From positions 9,436,962-9,500,961 of the forward strand of contig NC_134034.1 of the NCBI RefSeq assembly GCF_964204645.1: a DNA stretch of 64,000 nucleotides. Reading direction: 5' to 3'. Every line of letters starts with the position of its first letter. Position 1 is the first letter of the stretch. This document shows positions 26,897 through 39,849 of this stretch, piece by piece. The translations under genes were made by a program, and so were the position numbers. Origin of the DNA: Tubulanus polymorphus (Eukaryota; Animalia; Nemertea). Below the pieces are notes generated by a model that was not told where the DNA came from, searched no databases, and worked only from the letters and a program-made list of their open reading frames with translations.

Positions 26897-27659
26897 TCTC
26901 GAACTGAGCGCTGTCTCCGCGCGGCGCGAAAAACTTTACGCACTTGCTAGTCGAAAATAGAGATTAAGAAACTGGGATTTAGCGCTGGTCTGGATAAGCC
27001 AAAACCTGCGGCTAAAAATTTATGTAAAATGATTTCAATGTTATAGATTTCTATGATATATTTTCTATAGATGTATTATTTATTTGTATATAGGAATATT
27101 TTTCAATTTTATGCCTTGAAATTTACTTAAACATAGCCTTAATGAGATTTTTTACTTAATGAGATTATTTATTGTTCCTGTGAACAAGAAAATTATCGTT
27201 TCTGGCGATATTCCGTCCCTGACCTGGTGTCACAAACTTGTTAATATCATACAGGTACCAATCTGTAACCTGGAGACATTCACTTTTGTATTGTATTGCA
27301 TGGCCGATCAGTTTTTGATCAGTGTGTCGATAAAATGTCTAATGTCTGGTGTTTGTAAGGTGAAGTTCTGAACACTTGTGTAGTTTTGATGATCAATTTT
27401 TGAAAGTGTGTTAGTAGTTCATTTTCAATCAGAAATGTCTAATGGGTGAATTACTGAACACATGTGAAGTGTCTGGGTGGTTTATTTTTACTCACAGCCT
27501 CTATGTTAAGTGATGATATAAGGAATTAAATGTATCAGATGTAAAAGAAATAATAAAATTTTATTCATTTTGTTTCACCATGATGTTATCAGGATATTAT
27601 TAAGACGTCGTGGACGGATGATAGACATCCAGCTTCATCAGCTGGCTTTGCTTTTAGCT

Positions 27660-27900
27660 AACCTGACCCTAACCCATCCCATCCTGATTGGCTTACCCTA
27701 ACCCTAGCATGTTGCGACGTAGAATACGAAGACGTGTTCGTCTCGGAGAGAGCGAGACTCGAACCCGGGTAAGAGAATTACTAGCACAGCATCATACTAC
27801 TAGACCACCGCGCTCGCTGAGAATGTTTGAGTACACCTTCACCTTACCCTAACCCTCTAGACCGCAATCCTAAATTCAGTCTAAACAGTCGTTAAAGTTA
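27660..27900 (-). mobile_element. tRNA-derived SINE-like element flanked by TTAGGG-like repeats
   Basis: Minus strand: A box TGGTCTAGTAG and B box GGTTCGAGTC (27752-27815); CCCTAA repeats on both sides; similar to 51750-51920. Confidence 0.5.
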
Positions 27901-28073
27901 AATTTACGACGCAGTATAAATAGCCACTTCGTTTTAAGAACTATCTTCCATCATTTGGGGAACAGGTTGCAGCTTTCTCTTGATCCAAAAAGGTTATTTC
28001 GATGTTTTGTGCCATTTGTCTGATTTTCACTGACCTAAAATCACAATGGAGCTATTGTAAAGATTTTTGGTAA

Positions 28074-28146
28074 GGAGACATGGTCCAGATTGGTTGAGTG
28101 GACCCCACAGAATCGGGGTAGTCCAGGTTCGAATCTGGGACACCCC
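28074..28146 (+). pseudogene. tRNA-like sequence (pseudogene or SINE head)
   Basis: TGGTCCAGATTGG A box, CCCC/GGGG anticodon-like stem, CCAGGTTCGAATCTGG T arm; poor acceptor stem. Confidence 0.4.
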
Positions 28147-28242
28147 TTATTCCCTACACTTCAGGAACGCCGTAGATTAGCCATTAGTTCTATATATTTT
28201 TGATAGATGGCGCTTGTGAATTACGGTTTATCGCAAATCCTT

Positions 28243-28397
28243 GGCCACCTTCGGTTTTCTTAGTCGACTATAGTCGAACTAAACGAAACCATATGTCCAA
28301 AAGTCGGAACTATATTCCGGAAATAGTTCGAAAATCAAGCGCATTCGGTTATTAAGTCCGACCACTAGTCGACTAGATATGAAAACCGAATTTGGCC
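28243..28397. mobile_element. MITE, PIF/Harbinger-like
   Basis: GGCCA..TTCGGTTTTC / GAAAACCGAATTTGGCC TIRs with a 3-bp CTT duplication. Confidence 0.6.
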
Positions 28398-30282
28398 CTT
28401 GCTGTTGTCGATTTGCAGAATTCGAACCTTGACGCCTCTGTTTATCAGTCTAATACCTAGCCATCGTTCCCTTAACAACCCGACGAGTGTCGACTGGTAT
28501 TCAGACTATATACCCTGTTTATATATCCTCTATTATGCAGCATCCAGCTCACTTTTACATTTACATTGATAATAGATTTGAACCAGAGACACCGATTTTC
28601 ATCCTATATTCACCAGACAGCTCCATCTAAATCAGTTCAAAGAGAGGATTAAAACCGCTGATTTCAAAGATAATTCAAACAAACGCAGAGATAAAAAATT
28701 ATATTGAAATCTATTTTGCACCTGAAAAAAACTAAAGCAATTCGTATAACAGCCTAAAACTTTAACCATTTACATCAGCTGCTAGGTGTAATTCATCTAA
28801 AACTTCAACCGCACCTCAATATCGCAGTATCTTATGGTTCAAGTTTTCCAAGATCAAGAATCTGATGAATCGATAACCGATCGTGGTAATTCACCTAAAA
28901 AGACAGACGCGTATCGCGACTTATACATCTAAAGTATCAAACAACCGGATACCAGAGGTAAAAGTCACTATATATATACTAGTATTTACAATTCTAAAGA
29001 TATTTAGTGTGAAAATTCGTGTCTATCCACAAGTGATTTTAACGGATGGACCTTTATCAGTTACATCAGTTACAGGACCAGGACCCAGTTCGGCAGTTAT
29101 GAGTATTTCATCTCACGTCTGTGGAACTGGGTCCTAGATCGAGTTTCAGTTCAAGTTCAAGGTTGAAGTTGGCTTCATGGAAAAAAAGAATTATGTACAA
29201 AGATATTAACACGCTCGCTGCCACCTAGTGGTTAAGGTCTGGTCGCCATTGCCAAATTATTTGCTTTCTGAAAACTTCACGTGTGCACCTAGTCTGAATA
29301 CCTGTCGTTGTTACTGGTTCCCTACAACTTACAACTTACTCCTAACCCTTCCCTACAACGTTGTTTGTAGAACGACGGCTAGGTCCTTGACTAGTGTGCA
29401 CCAGACTTGAGTTACCCACATAGATTGTATCTTAGTCTCTCCATACTGCCAGACAATTGTTAGCTGGTTTCTCGCCTTTGCCAGGTCATTCATAACGCTA
29501 TGAAATGACATTGAATCGATGACGATATAACTCGTCATGGCAAACTGCGGTGCACCCACCATGACGATTTATCTCGTCAGCGGCAGCAAACGTGTTAAAG
29601 AAGACCTTGAAACTTCATCGAAAAAATAAGAGAAGCCTCACAGTTTGTCAAAAACTGTTTCGTTTGAGTTTGGTCAAACTTGCTGGAGTCATCTTAGTTG
29701 GAATAACCACAACTATGTTGACGGCTAAGTTAAGTAATCTCACGAGTTATCCGATGACAACGTAATAGAATTTGACTGTAATTGAAAATTAAATGAATAG
29801 AATTTAATTTAATGCAAAAACTCATCTGGTGAAACAGGCCCAACAGTGTCACAGAACAAGTGCAAGCCACGGAAATTACCGGTACTAACTCACGAAAATA
29901 CGTTGTAAATAGTACGTATAAAATGTAACTGGTAACTGTGGCCCTACAGTCAGAGCGAGTTACAAAAATAAAATACACGTGAAAATACTTGACAAATTCA
30001 ACTCACTACCGCGGCGGAATTAGAACCTGCAGTGTTGTTGTAGCACACATGCTAGCCTTGAAAATAGGTAACCAATAAAAATATGTGTCAAATTTAACAG
30101 TGCCGGCACCCATGCAAGCAATGAAAATACAATCGCAGTCTTGTTAAAAATGTTTAAAACAAGCGTTACCGCCACCTGTCCGATCACCGTTACACTAATT
30201 GTCTTCGAATCTAAAATCTTTGTTGGACACCGAGACCTGAGTTTCATTTGAAAAAATAGAGGTAGCGACGTTGACCCAGGTG

Positions 30283-33200
30283 TCATAGTTCATGTCGTAC
30301 CTTCGGTGTTTGGTCACTATTGTGGTAACCACGCATTTGATCACTAGGGGGCGTCGTTTGCGTGTGAGATTTACTGGGAGTTCCCGGAATTCGTGCGGCG
30401 AGTCCGCGAGTTATGAGTTCCTCGGCGAGATAAACATCCTGAAATTACAAAACAAGACTTTTTCATCGCCTTGCAAATATTGATCATCCACATTTCACAT
30501 GTATCCAGAACTTCATCTGAGACATCTTTAATTGAAAATGAACAACAAACACCAGACATTAGACATTTTATCAGCTGACTTTCAGTCATCATCCAGACTG
30601 GTATAGTCTGAAGGGGTAGGGTTCCAGACCGCAGAATGATTTGTAATAAATACCTCAGTAGTAGATGTATCCACTAGCTGTAAACACGGTACTGATGTTC
30701 CTGATTCGGTTTCTGCGTAGTGTACAGTACGACCCATGAGAGGTTTCCATTTCGCGCAGTGAGACAGTTCTTCGAATGTCGAGATCGCTTCGTCGGTCCA
30801 CCCCGCGGCTCCGTCTGCCGGTGAAACATCGGCCAGACGACATTCGATCGCTTGAAATGGAAGCGCGAAGAAATCGCTCCTGCGTAAAAATTGCGGATAA
30901 GAAAAAATAAAAACAAATTTCAATACATGACCAGTAAACAGATAAAAATTTCAGTATTTCAAAGTTAACTAACAAAACTCACAGTAGATGATTTAATGAT
31001 AATAATTAATCTGTAATTTTTTACAGCCCATAGATCATTGATTTTTCGAATCAATTAATCCTAAGAGTTAAACAAAGATGAGATAATAGATTGGAAGCAA
31101 CGTCTGTGAACGTTTTAAGACGGTCACGATGTAGAGACAGATTGCCAGCACTGGACTGGTTCAGAGTGGACGTGCCGGTACATTACGGAAATATCGATTT
31201 GAGAATTTATTACTAAACTTCATCATAACCAAAACAATTAACATAATGAGATGATTTGCAGAGGAACTGTGTTAATCTGGTGTAAAATAAATACAAGACA
31301 AATAGTATTTCATTGGTTAACTAGTTTTTGAAGTGCAGACATGTGGTCAATATCTGAATTCCCAGTTTTGGTAAGATTTGTTAAATTCTCGAGTTTTCTT
31401 AATCAGTGGCTACCCTGTTAGAGCACTTTATTTGAAGAACATATTCTGCCTATGGACCACATTAAAGATATTCACCTCAAAGGCCGGACGTTTTTGAAGT
31501 TGATATCACCCGAATCGCCGTAATCTACGTAGTATAAATCTAGTAGGTCATCGTCGATGGATTTCACTTCAGCGCGGTACCATGAGTCATCGTACTGGAA
31601 CGGTGCTGCGACGATATCCCCGACTTGTATTGATTCAATCGATAACGCCTGAAATAACAGCGAATTAACCGACATTTTACTCAACGCTAGAGAAAAATTT
31701 CCATTTTTTACTCCAGGACCCTACGTCCAAGTAGAGGCAATACAGAGGATTCCGATTTTGGCAAGCGAGGTTCCACTAGTGTCTATTTATTTTCATCTGA
31801 CATTGATCTATTTGGGATATTTCTCGTGTAGTCCAGATCAAACATCGTGAAACAATGATATATCTGGACTGCACAGATTTACTGGTCGTAATGAGACGAA
31901 ATAGAGGCATGTACTCAAAAAATTAAGTGAAATATCCCAAAGAGATTGCTGTCAGATGAAAATAAATAGACACTAGGTATCGCTTGTGCGCATTAATCAA
32001 CAATGATTTCTGGATTACGTAGATTCAAGCGAGAATCCGCTTGTAGCGAGCGACAATGCTAGATTCCTTCTCAGATTCAATTGAAATCCATCCACAATTT
32101 TTTCTCAAATTCTACAAATGATGAATAAAAATCGTGCGATACACTTAAAACCCGGAAGAATAAACCCGAGTAAATCAAGCCATAAGTTTTCCTTATGTTT
32201 TATGCGGGAGGCTAAGAATCTTGAAAGTTATCCGAAGCAAAGTGTCTACAACAGTACCAATACTCAGACAAAAAAACAAAATGGTAAAACCAAATGGCAG
32301 CTTTTTCGATGCTTTTTCAACCACAGAAAATTAGGTTCTAGAGTCTAGAGGCTGAGAATTGGGTCCAGAGGGTTAGGGTCTAAAGGGTTAGATGGAGGTA
32401 TAGGGTTTTGTAACTGTAGGCACGGTGTATTTGAAAACAAACTAAATTTTGATCAAGGTGTTGTATTGATACAAAGCCGTCCAGCGAGATAGCTGGTTGC
32501 ACGTGGCGTCCTCGTTTAGAGGAGTAAATAATCGGGTACTCACTTCGGACGTATTCGACACGCTGTACAACGTCGTCATCTCCTGCACGAGGCAGTCGAG
32601 TTTTTCGCAAGATAGCGACACCATTTGTATCCAAAATCGATCTGGGCTGACGATCGCTGTCACGCACAGTTGTATATAGTCACTACCAGGGGGCGTTAGC
32701 TTCAACTGGTCGGTCGATTCAGGCGCTTTTTCTAAAATAAATCATTTGAGAATTTACGAAATTCTGAGTTCAACTGAAATAAGCACATATCTATGCAGGT
32801 ATGGCGACAGTCTTAGACCAAGCACCCTCCCAAGAAACTTTTGAATTTTGGCCATCTGGCCTTCAACTTGGCATCAGGATTACAAATTACCAATACCAGA
32901 TATTAGAAATTTTATCAGCACACTTTAGAAAGCTGATCGTCAAAACTTTACTTCTGTTCAGAAATTCACTTGAGACATTTTTGATTGAAAATGAACTACC
33001 GTACAGACGAGACATTAGATGTTTTATCAGCACACTTTTGAGATGGTTCCAGGCTGAAAGGGGATGGTTCCAGTCTTAAGGAGGATGCTCAGAACGGATA
33101 GCTCGAGGTTTAAGGCGTATGGAACCATGAGCCAGTACCTCAAAAGATGGTTAGAGTTAACTGATGGACAAATACTACGGTCACAAGGCCATTCCGATAG

Positions 33201-36200
33201 TCAGTATGTCAACTATCCACTGGTTAAGTAATAATTGAGAAACTGCAGCTGCTGAATGATACCTATTTGAACGTTCACTCACCTGATCGGTTAAGATGTT
33301 TAGAGCGACCTCGTTGTTGCCTGTTCGCTAAACTGGCGTTCACTTGCGCGTTCATCTCATTCTCTTCAGCAGTTATATCATTGATCATGACCTGAAAATC
33401 AAAATCACCGATGGATATGTAACACCCCTAAATAGCCATCATACCGGTACCAAAGCGGTAACAATCCCCATTATAAAACCATTTAGAGCTCCATTACCAG
33501 GGGCGGATCTAGACGGGAGCACGCGCTCCTGTCGCAAATTCTGAGTACCCTTTTTGAAAAAAGTGCGAAAAGAATTTTTTCCATATCAATTTAATTTTCC
33601 ACATTGTTTCCATATTAATAATTCCCATCATTGTTGCAGAATGTCATTTTTGTGTCTCAGGTGCCTGGAAATAGCATTAAAATGGGTTGAAATTCAAAAA
33701 GACCCCCCCGCGAACACTTCACGCCTTCGGCGTTCGCCTGTCATGGATTAGTGCCTTTTCTTATGAATTGCCCTCTTTTTAATTCTGTGCTCCTGTCATT
33801 GTCTGCCTCTAGATCCGCCCCCTGTTTACTTGCTCAACGGAGATGGAAAATTCTAATGATCCCAACTTCACCAGCTTTAGAGTATTCCATTTCCGCTGAG
33901 AAAAAAAACAAAACGACGAACCTTGGCTAAATCGATATTGTCGCGAGATCCTACGATGGTGATTTTAACCGGTCTGTTGCGATCCCTGCGGTCGCTGTGT
34001 TTCTCTATGTTCAATCGAGTTTTTGTCGTTTGTCGAATTCCGTTCACGGTTTCGCCGTTTCTACCTGTTCAAATCGAAGTGAATCAAATGAAAAATTTAG
34101 AATCCTTTATTCGAACTTTGTTGCTTATGAGGACTCCCGCACTATGGCAAGTGAGGATTCACCAGGTGTAACTAGTGAGCAGTAGGATATCAACTACTAC
34201 GGTAATATAGGATTCCACTAGCGGCAAGTGAGGATCCACCAGATGTCGCTAGTGAGCAGTAGGACATCAAATACTGCGGCAAAAGAGAATTCCACTCATG
34301 GCAATCGAGAATCCACCAGGTGTTGCTAGTGAGCAAAGGAATAGATAGATTTCACATATCTTAATTTCGTGGCATCGCCTTCAATATCCAAGATTTAAAA
34401 CTGACCTATAATTCGACCAATCGTGTACTGCGGTACGTGGATATGCTCTTCAACAATGTCCGGTTGCTCGGCGATGAGTTCGCGCAGTAATTCTTCGGCT
34501 TTTTGAGCGTTTTCTCGTTTTCCTCGAATCGTCGCGATTCGAATCAATTTTTCAGCGTTTTCTCGTCTGTTACTCGACGACGATGTATCTCGATCGAAAT
34601 CGAGTTTCGCGCCCGATTCATTCTCGATCTGAAACGGAGTATAATATATTTCTATCCGGAGGCCGAGGGAACCGAATGTAGGTAAAAATTCCCACTTTAT
34701 GATTTTTCAAGAACATTTCAAAGCGAGAGAGATGATTTTCCAATTCTATTCATTTGCAATGAGACTGAAATATATTTGATCTGTGCAATGAAATACATAA
34801 TTCTTAAGTAAATTGTTAGAATTGATAAGAAAAATGATCTTTTCATTTGTTAGAAATAATGAGCTTTTGATTTGAAACATTCTAGATTCGAGTTAGGGTA
34901 ATATATTTGAAATGTGCAATGAACCTTTTCATTAAGCTGTGTGATAAACTTGAAATACTAATTTAGTATTAATGAACTGTTCATTTGTTAATACGTTTTA
35001 ATTCAAATAGTATATACTATAGTTTGTGCGCTCATGATATCCTTATGTTGTTCCACAGTAAAATATGAATACATTGAATACATCAATAATACGAATTCAT
35101 TGACCTTAAGATTGTATCTACTTACACTCCATTTTTACCTACTTTGAAGATGGGGATTTTTAATCGAGGGAGACATGGAGAGATCAGAGGCAGAGCATGG
35201 AAGGAAAGAATGGTATGGAGGGAGGGAATGGTAAGACAGAGTGGGGAAGGGTTTCAGAGAGAGGATTTTTATAATATACCCGTTTAAGATTCTCGCCCTG
35301 GCGTCCGATGATCTGTCCGACCAGTTTACAGGGTACCTCCACTTTAATGTACGTCTGTCGTGAAGTGATCGTCTGCTCTTCGAAACATTCGTCATTGTCT
35401 GCGAAAATACAAAACAAAGCAAAGGTTTCGAATCGGTTTCATTTGGTATTGTTTCAATAGACAAGTGAAGCCTGTCTCATTCAATTCAAGAAAAACCCAC
35501 AATATAAAGAAAAAGGCAGGCGCTAACATGGAATCCGCAAGGGAAGCAAAACCATGCCTGACCAAGAAATAGCTGGAGGGGAGATCTTGTTAGTGACCAG
35601 GGGTCAGTTGCTCAAAAGTTGGTTAGAATTAACGAGTGGATAGTTGACATAGTGACAATTAAAAGTTCATTGTTACTATGGTATTTATCCGCTGGTTATC
35701 TTTAACCAACTTTTGAGCAACCGGCCCCAGAAGGGCATGGGCTACTCGTGGAAACAGCTAGAGAGAATGGCAGGTGACAGGAGAAAATGGCAAAAGACCG
35801 TTGATGGCCTATGCTCTATGAAGAGCGAAGGGATTTAAGTAAATTTAAGTTAAGTAAAGAAAAAAACAACGAGAACGTTTAACTTGATTCTATTTTCACA
35901 ACTGAATTCGAATTGCAGACGCGGATCAAGAGGGGGCTTTGGACACAAGAACATCCCCCCTCCCACTATTCATTTTCCATTTTTCAACGCTAAATTGCAA
36001 AGTACAAGGTTCACTTTAGTTATACGATACGATTAATAAAACAATTCCTAAAAACACTAAGAAGACTAAGGGTCCAGGGACACCATGCCCACGTGGGAAG
36101 TGGTTTCAAATGCTCAACAATCTAACAATTTCAATATTCAACGCCCCTGGTGACCATTTACAAAAACCAACGACCTTGAAACTCACCACAATCATAGAAC

Positions 36201-37630
36201 ATGTCAGCAGTGACGATTTTGTGATTGATTGTGATAACAAAATATGCCTCGTTACCAATTTAATATGGAAATACTAAGTCATTCTACTATTCAACGCCCC
36301 CTGGTGACCATATTCAAAACCCAATGACCTCGAAACTCACCACAATCATAGAACATGTCATGAACTACAACTTTGCAATTGATCATGGTAACAAAATATG
36401 CCTAGGTACCAATATAATAAGGAAATACTAAGTTATTCTACTATTCAACGCCCCCTGGTGACCATATAGAAAAACTAATGTCCTTAAAACTCGCAAAAAT
36501 CATAGATGATGTCATGAGCTACAACTTTCCAATTGATTGTGGTTACAAAATATGCATAGGTACGAATATAATATAGAAATACTTAGATATTGTATTATTC
36601 AACGCCCCCTGGTGGCCATATACGAAATCCAATTACCTTGAAACTCACCACAATCATAGAACACGTTATGAGCTACAACTTTCTAATTGATTGTGGTAGC
36701 CAAATACGCTAAGGTATCAATATAATGTGGAAAAACTTTTTCCCACTTATGAATGAGTACTGGTGACACAAAGATGGCCGCCAATTGCGTCATAATTGGC
36801 TGATGAAAAATACCTGTCTCAGGTATAAAACATCCCTTTCCAAAGAATACCCATCACAAATTGCAATAAGAAATGGCAAACCAGTAGGAAGCTACAGGAC
36901 TCAGAATTCGGGCCAAAATTAACATTTTTGGGCACTAAAAAGGTCATAGGACGGCCATCTTGAGTCCTACCGACCCAATTTTTGTTATGTTGATGGGCCC
37001 TGGGGGATTCACATATATCCGAAAGATCAAGGTAATTGATCAAAGCGTCTTCAAAATTTCCCTCAAAAAGTTCAAAAATGTGTAAAAAGTGCTGATTTTG
37101 GCGAACAACAATGGCTGCTAGTCGGCTATCTTGATTCTGACAGGGCCAGTTTTTGGGCTGAAGATGTGTCTAGGGTAGATACATGTATAACCCAAATATC
37201 AACACGTTACCTTGAAGCGTCTTCAAAACTTTCCAAAATAACTGGATTCCGTCTACGGACGGACGGACGGACGAACGAACGACGGATGAAAAGTGAGCGC
37301 AATAGCCCGCTGGGACTAAAGTCCCAAGTGGGCTAAAAAAATGAGACCAATTTTCTGGGGGACGACCAGCAGAGCACATCCACTTTGAAAATCCTGGATC
37401 CATTCCTGAATTTAGTCGAAACTTTAAAGACTTTTGTAGTTTTTTCTGCATATTGTGGGTTTTTCTTCAAAATTCAATTTGTTTACGAATCTGGAAGCGC
37501 AGCGATGTGAGGGTTGTAGGCCAGCGGACTACATACCTTCCTCTCTGTTTGCCCAGAGCATGTAAAGACAGAAGGCCAGCGTAGGCAGACCCACTAACAG
37601 AGCGACTCTTCGCATAATCTTCAACTCCAT
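30283..37630 (-). CDS. TDRKH: Tudor and KH domain-containing protein (TDRKH/Papi; piRNA 3' trimming cofactor), ~476 aa
   Basis: Exons (minus) 37630-37537, 35398-35280, 34628-34406, 34064-33922, 33391-33283, 32731-32544, 31648-31476, 30879-30654, 30438-30283 (1431 nt). N-terminal TM anchor MELKIMRRVALLVGLPTLAFCLYMLW. Two KH domains (IIGRQG, IIGRNG GxxG loops). Extended Tudor (VTAIVSPDRFWIQ; APFQYDDSWYRA...YYVDYGD; LPFQAIECRLA). Confidence 0.92.
31776..31976. mobile_element. MITE with ~48-bp TIRs
   Basis: CTAGTGTCTATTTATTTTCATCTGACA...GGGATATTTC and its reverse complement. Confidence 0.7.
33498..33824. mobile_element. MITE, CAGGGGCGGATCTAG family
   Basis: TIRs CAGGGGCGGATCTAGA / TCTAGATCCGCCCCCTG; relatives at ~16548-16797. 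Confidence 0.65.
35515..35858 (+). mobile_element. RTE-clade LINE 3' fragment, interrupted by a MITE
   Basis: Translates as RQALTWNPQGK....PRNSW and GYSWKQLERMAGDRRKWQKTVDGLCS, the typical RTE ORF C-terminus, followed by a TAAG-repeat tail. Confidence 0.7.
35601..35727. mobile_element. Harbinger-like MITE inserted in the RTE fragment
   Basis: GGG(T/C)C(A/G)GTTGCTCAAAAGTTGGTTA TIRs with a CAG 3-bp duplication. Confidence 0.65.
36066..37340 (-). mobile_element. Helentron-associated (HINE/DINE-1-type) non-autonomous element, copy A
   Basis: T-rich insertion site, subterminal inverted repeat GCCCACTTG, GTCC microsatellite, ~154-bp central tandem repeats, 3' stem-loop. Confidence 0.75.
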
Positions 37631-37762
37631 GGTCAATTTTCCTCCTAATCAAAAAAAAATAACACAATCGATGATTCATAGAAAGACAGGATGAAAATAC
37701 CAGGAAGGCTTGCAGGGATGTCAAACATTGCATTCTGTCAGAGTTTCAATCTGGAGACAAGC

Positions 37763-37878
37763 TAGTCAGTAACCTGACTGTGGTTTAGTTTCACGATCGG
37801 ATATTTTCACAAACCACATAAGTATATAAGCCCTTCCGACTATAAAAAGCTTACCACCAACGATTAGGTAACTAACTA
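37763..37878 (-). mobile_element. 116-bp MITE with 9-bp TSD (Mutator-like), copy A
   Basis: TIR TAGT(C/T)AGT(A/T)ACCT; TSD GAGACAAGC on both sides. Confidence 0.8.
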
Positions 37879-38357
37879 GAGACAAGCGGATCAAAGGGGT
37901 CTTATTAAACTTCCAAATGCAGCCATCTCCACGACAGGTTTTAAGGGGGAAAGCGCAACCCTTTCATTTTTACATCTAAACCTCTGAAAATCAGCCAACC
38001 CTTGTAAAATACCTGCGGCCACTTCAAGAGATAGAAATATGACTAAGCTCATGATTCAGTAGGCCTATGTTTTAGAAAATTTATGCCATGCTACTTCTAC
38101 AATGAATGCAGCACCTTAAAAATTCCAAAAATGAAGAGCACTGACCTGCCCCTTTTATTTCAAGGTACTTTATATATGAAAAAAGGCACAATTAGGTAAA
38201 AAATATTCTACAAGTGTACCAGTATAAAGTGTTTTTCTATCAGAAGGGAATGCCAAATAGCCTCACTTTCTAATGAATTTGCCTCAGAAATTTGGAATGT
38301 GCCCTCAGATCTTGCTCCTGGGTCCACCTTCACCAAGAACCTAATTAGTGTCTGATA

Positions 38358-38509
38358 CACAGGGGCTCGTATCAGAGTTGTAGGTAGCCTGATGTAAAAA
38401 CGATAACCTGTTAATCCTATGTCTATAGTGCTATAGACATAGGATAGGACTGTTAACAGGTTATCGTTTTTACATCAGGCTACCTACAACTCTGATACGA
38501 GGCACTGTG
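38358..38509. mobile_element. Foldback MITE (CACAGGGGCTCGTATCAGAG...), copy A
   Basis: Near-perfect ~150-bp palindrome. Confidence 0.75.
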
Positions 38510-38939
38510 TGTGCCTGGAGGTGGTAATTTGCGGAGATTAGCTGGTGTTCAAGTTGAAAAGGGAGCAAGGTATGTCATTCATTGGCTAATACGCTGGGCA
38601 CCAACAATGAAGAAATAAAAAGATTGAATTGAATTTTATGATTGATGGACCTTCTTCAAACTCACGCGGCGGCCAAAAATAATAAAAATGGGCTTATTTC
38701 GCAGTGAAGTTGCACGAGTTTAAAACCTCATATAAACCACGATAACTTGAAGTTTATTTATTACAAAAGCCGACAATTTGCGACAACTGACATCGTGCAG
38801 TATGGAAGAATTTTAACTTCTCTTTACCTCTCCTCGATTCGTATAATGGCTACACACTTTCCTAGAAATATTCCTAGAAGCGGGTGGCTCACAGATTAAG
38901 GACATACGCGCCAAGCAGGAACCATTTCAGCCCATTTAG

Positions 38940-39420
38940 GCTATCAATTTGAATTCAATCGATCCGATAATAGAGTAATTTGAACAACTGAAGCGATTAA
39001 CAGATTCTATTTATTTAAAAGCGAAAGCAAAAAGACGTCAAATATTGGCCGCGCCTGCCAACGTAGCTAACTTTAACTTGAAAAGTGGCTGGTGCTACGG
39101 TTCGAGCCAATCCCAAAAGCCGGCGCAAGCATCTTTCAACCCGACATGGTAAATGTTAGATTAATGGCGGCTTTTTCAACCGATGATACTAGGTCTGACT
39201 ATCTGATGGGTAGTATCAAGTCGAGGGTTTAGGGTTAGGGGTAGGGTAGAGTTTAGGACGAGCGTTAGGCGAGGCTTTAGGTTTATTAATATAATGTAGC
39301 TTTGGGTAAGGCTACAAGTAATCATAAAATCAGTGGTTCCGCTGTTGGAACATGTTATGCTTTCACGCTCTCTTTGGTGTTCGAATTCCAGGCAGTCAAT
39401 GCGCATGCGCGACGAGTCGG
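38940..39420. promoter_or_regulatory. Putative bidirectional promoter, TDRKH/COASY
   Basis: Lies between two divergent genes. CCAAT box (~39107), YY1-like AATGGCGGC (~39164), NRF1-type palindrome TGCGCATGCGC (39400-39410). A probable non-coding TDRKH exon ends at a GAG|GTAAAG donor near 38827. Boundaries approximate. Confidence 0.55.
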
Positions 39421-39849
39421 TTATAGGATCTAACATCTACCGAAATGAATTTGACAGTTGGCACCACAGTTTAACAGATGTTCTTGTTTTTATCTGGTAT
39501 ATTTGTATTGTTTTTTAACCTAATCTGTTAAATAGACATTAGAAGTATTAACTGCTGTTGACGTTGTTGATACGCTACGCGTGGTAAATATATGTGTCAT
39601 CCGATCAGGTCCACAGGAATTCGATCGATATCGATGACGATCGATCGTTCACGATTGCTTGACATTTCATCCATCTAGCATTGGTATATCTTTGATTCTA
39701 AAAATGATTACCCTTTAGTTAGTTACCTAATCGTTGGTGGTAAGCTTTGACTTTTAATTTACTGATAACATAATTATCTAGGCCTATACACTGCCAATGC
39801 CGTGTACTCAGGACACTAAAGTCCTCCAATTTACACACTGCACTCAAGT

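Noticed and set aside
28074-28146. Functional tRNA gene
   Set aside because: The acceptor stem does not pair well and the anticodon loop is irregular; treated as a pseudogene or SINE head.
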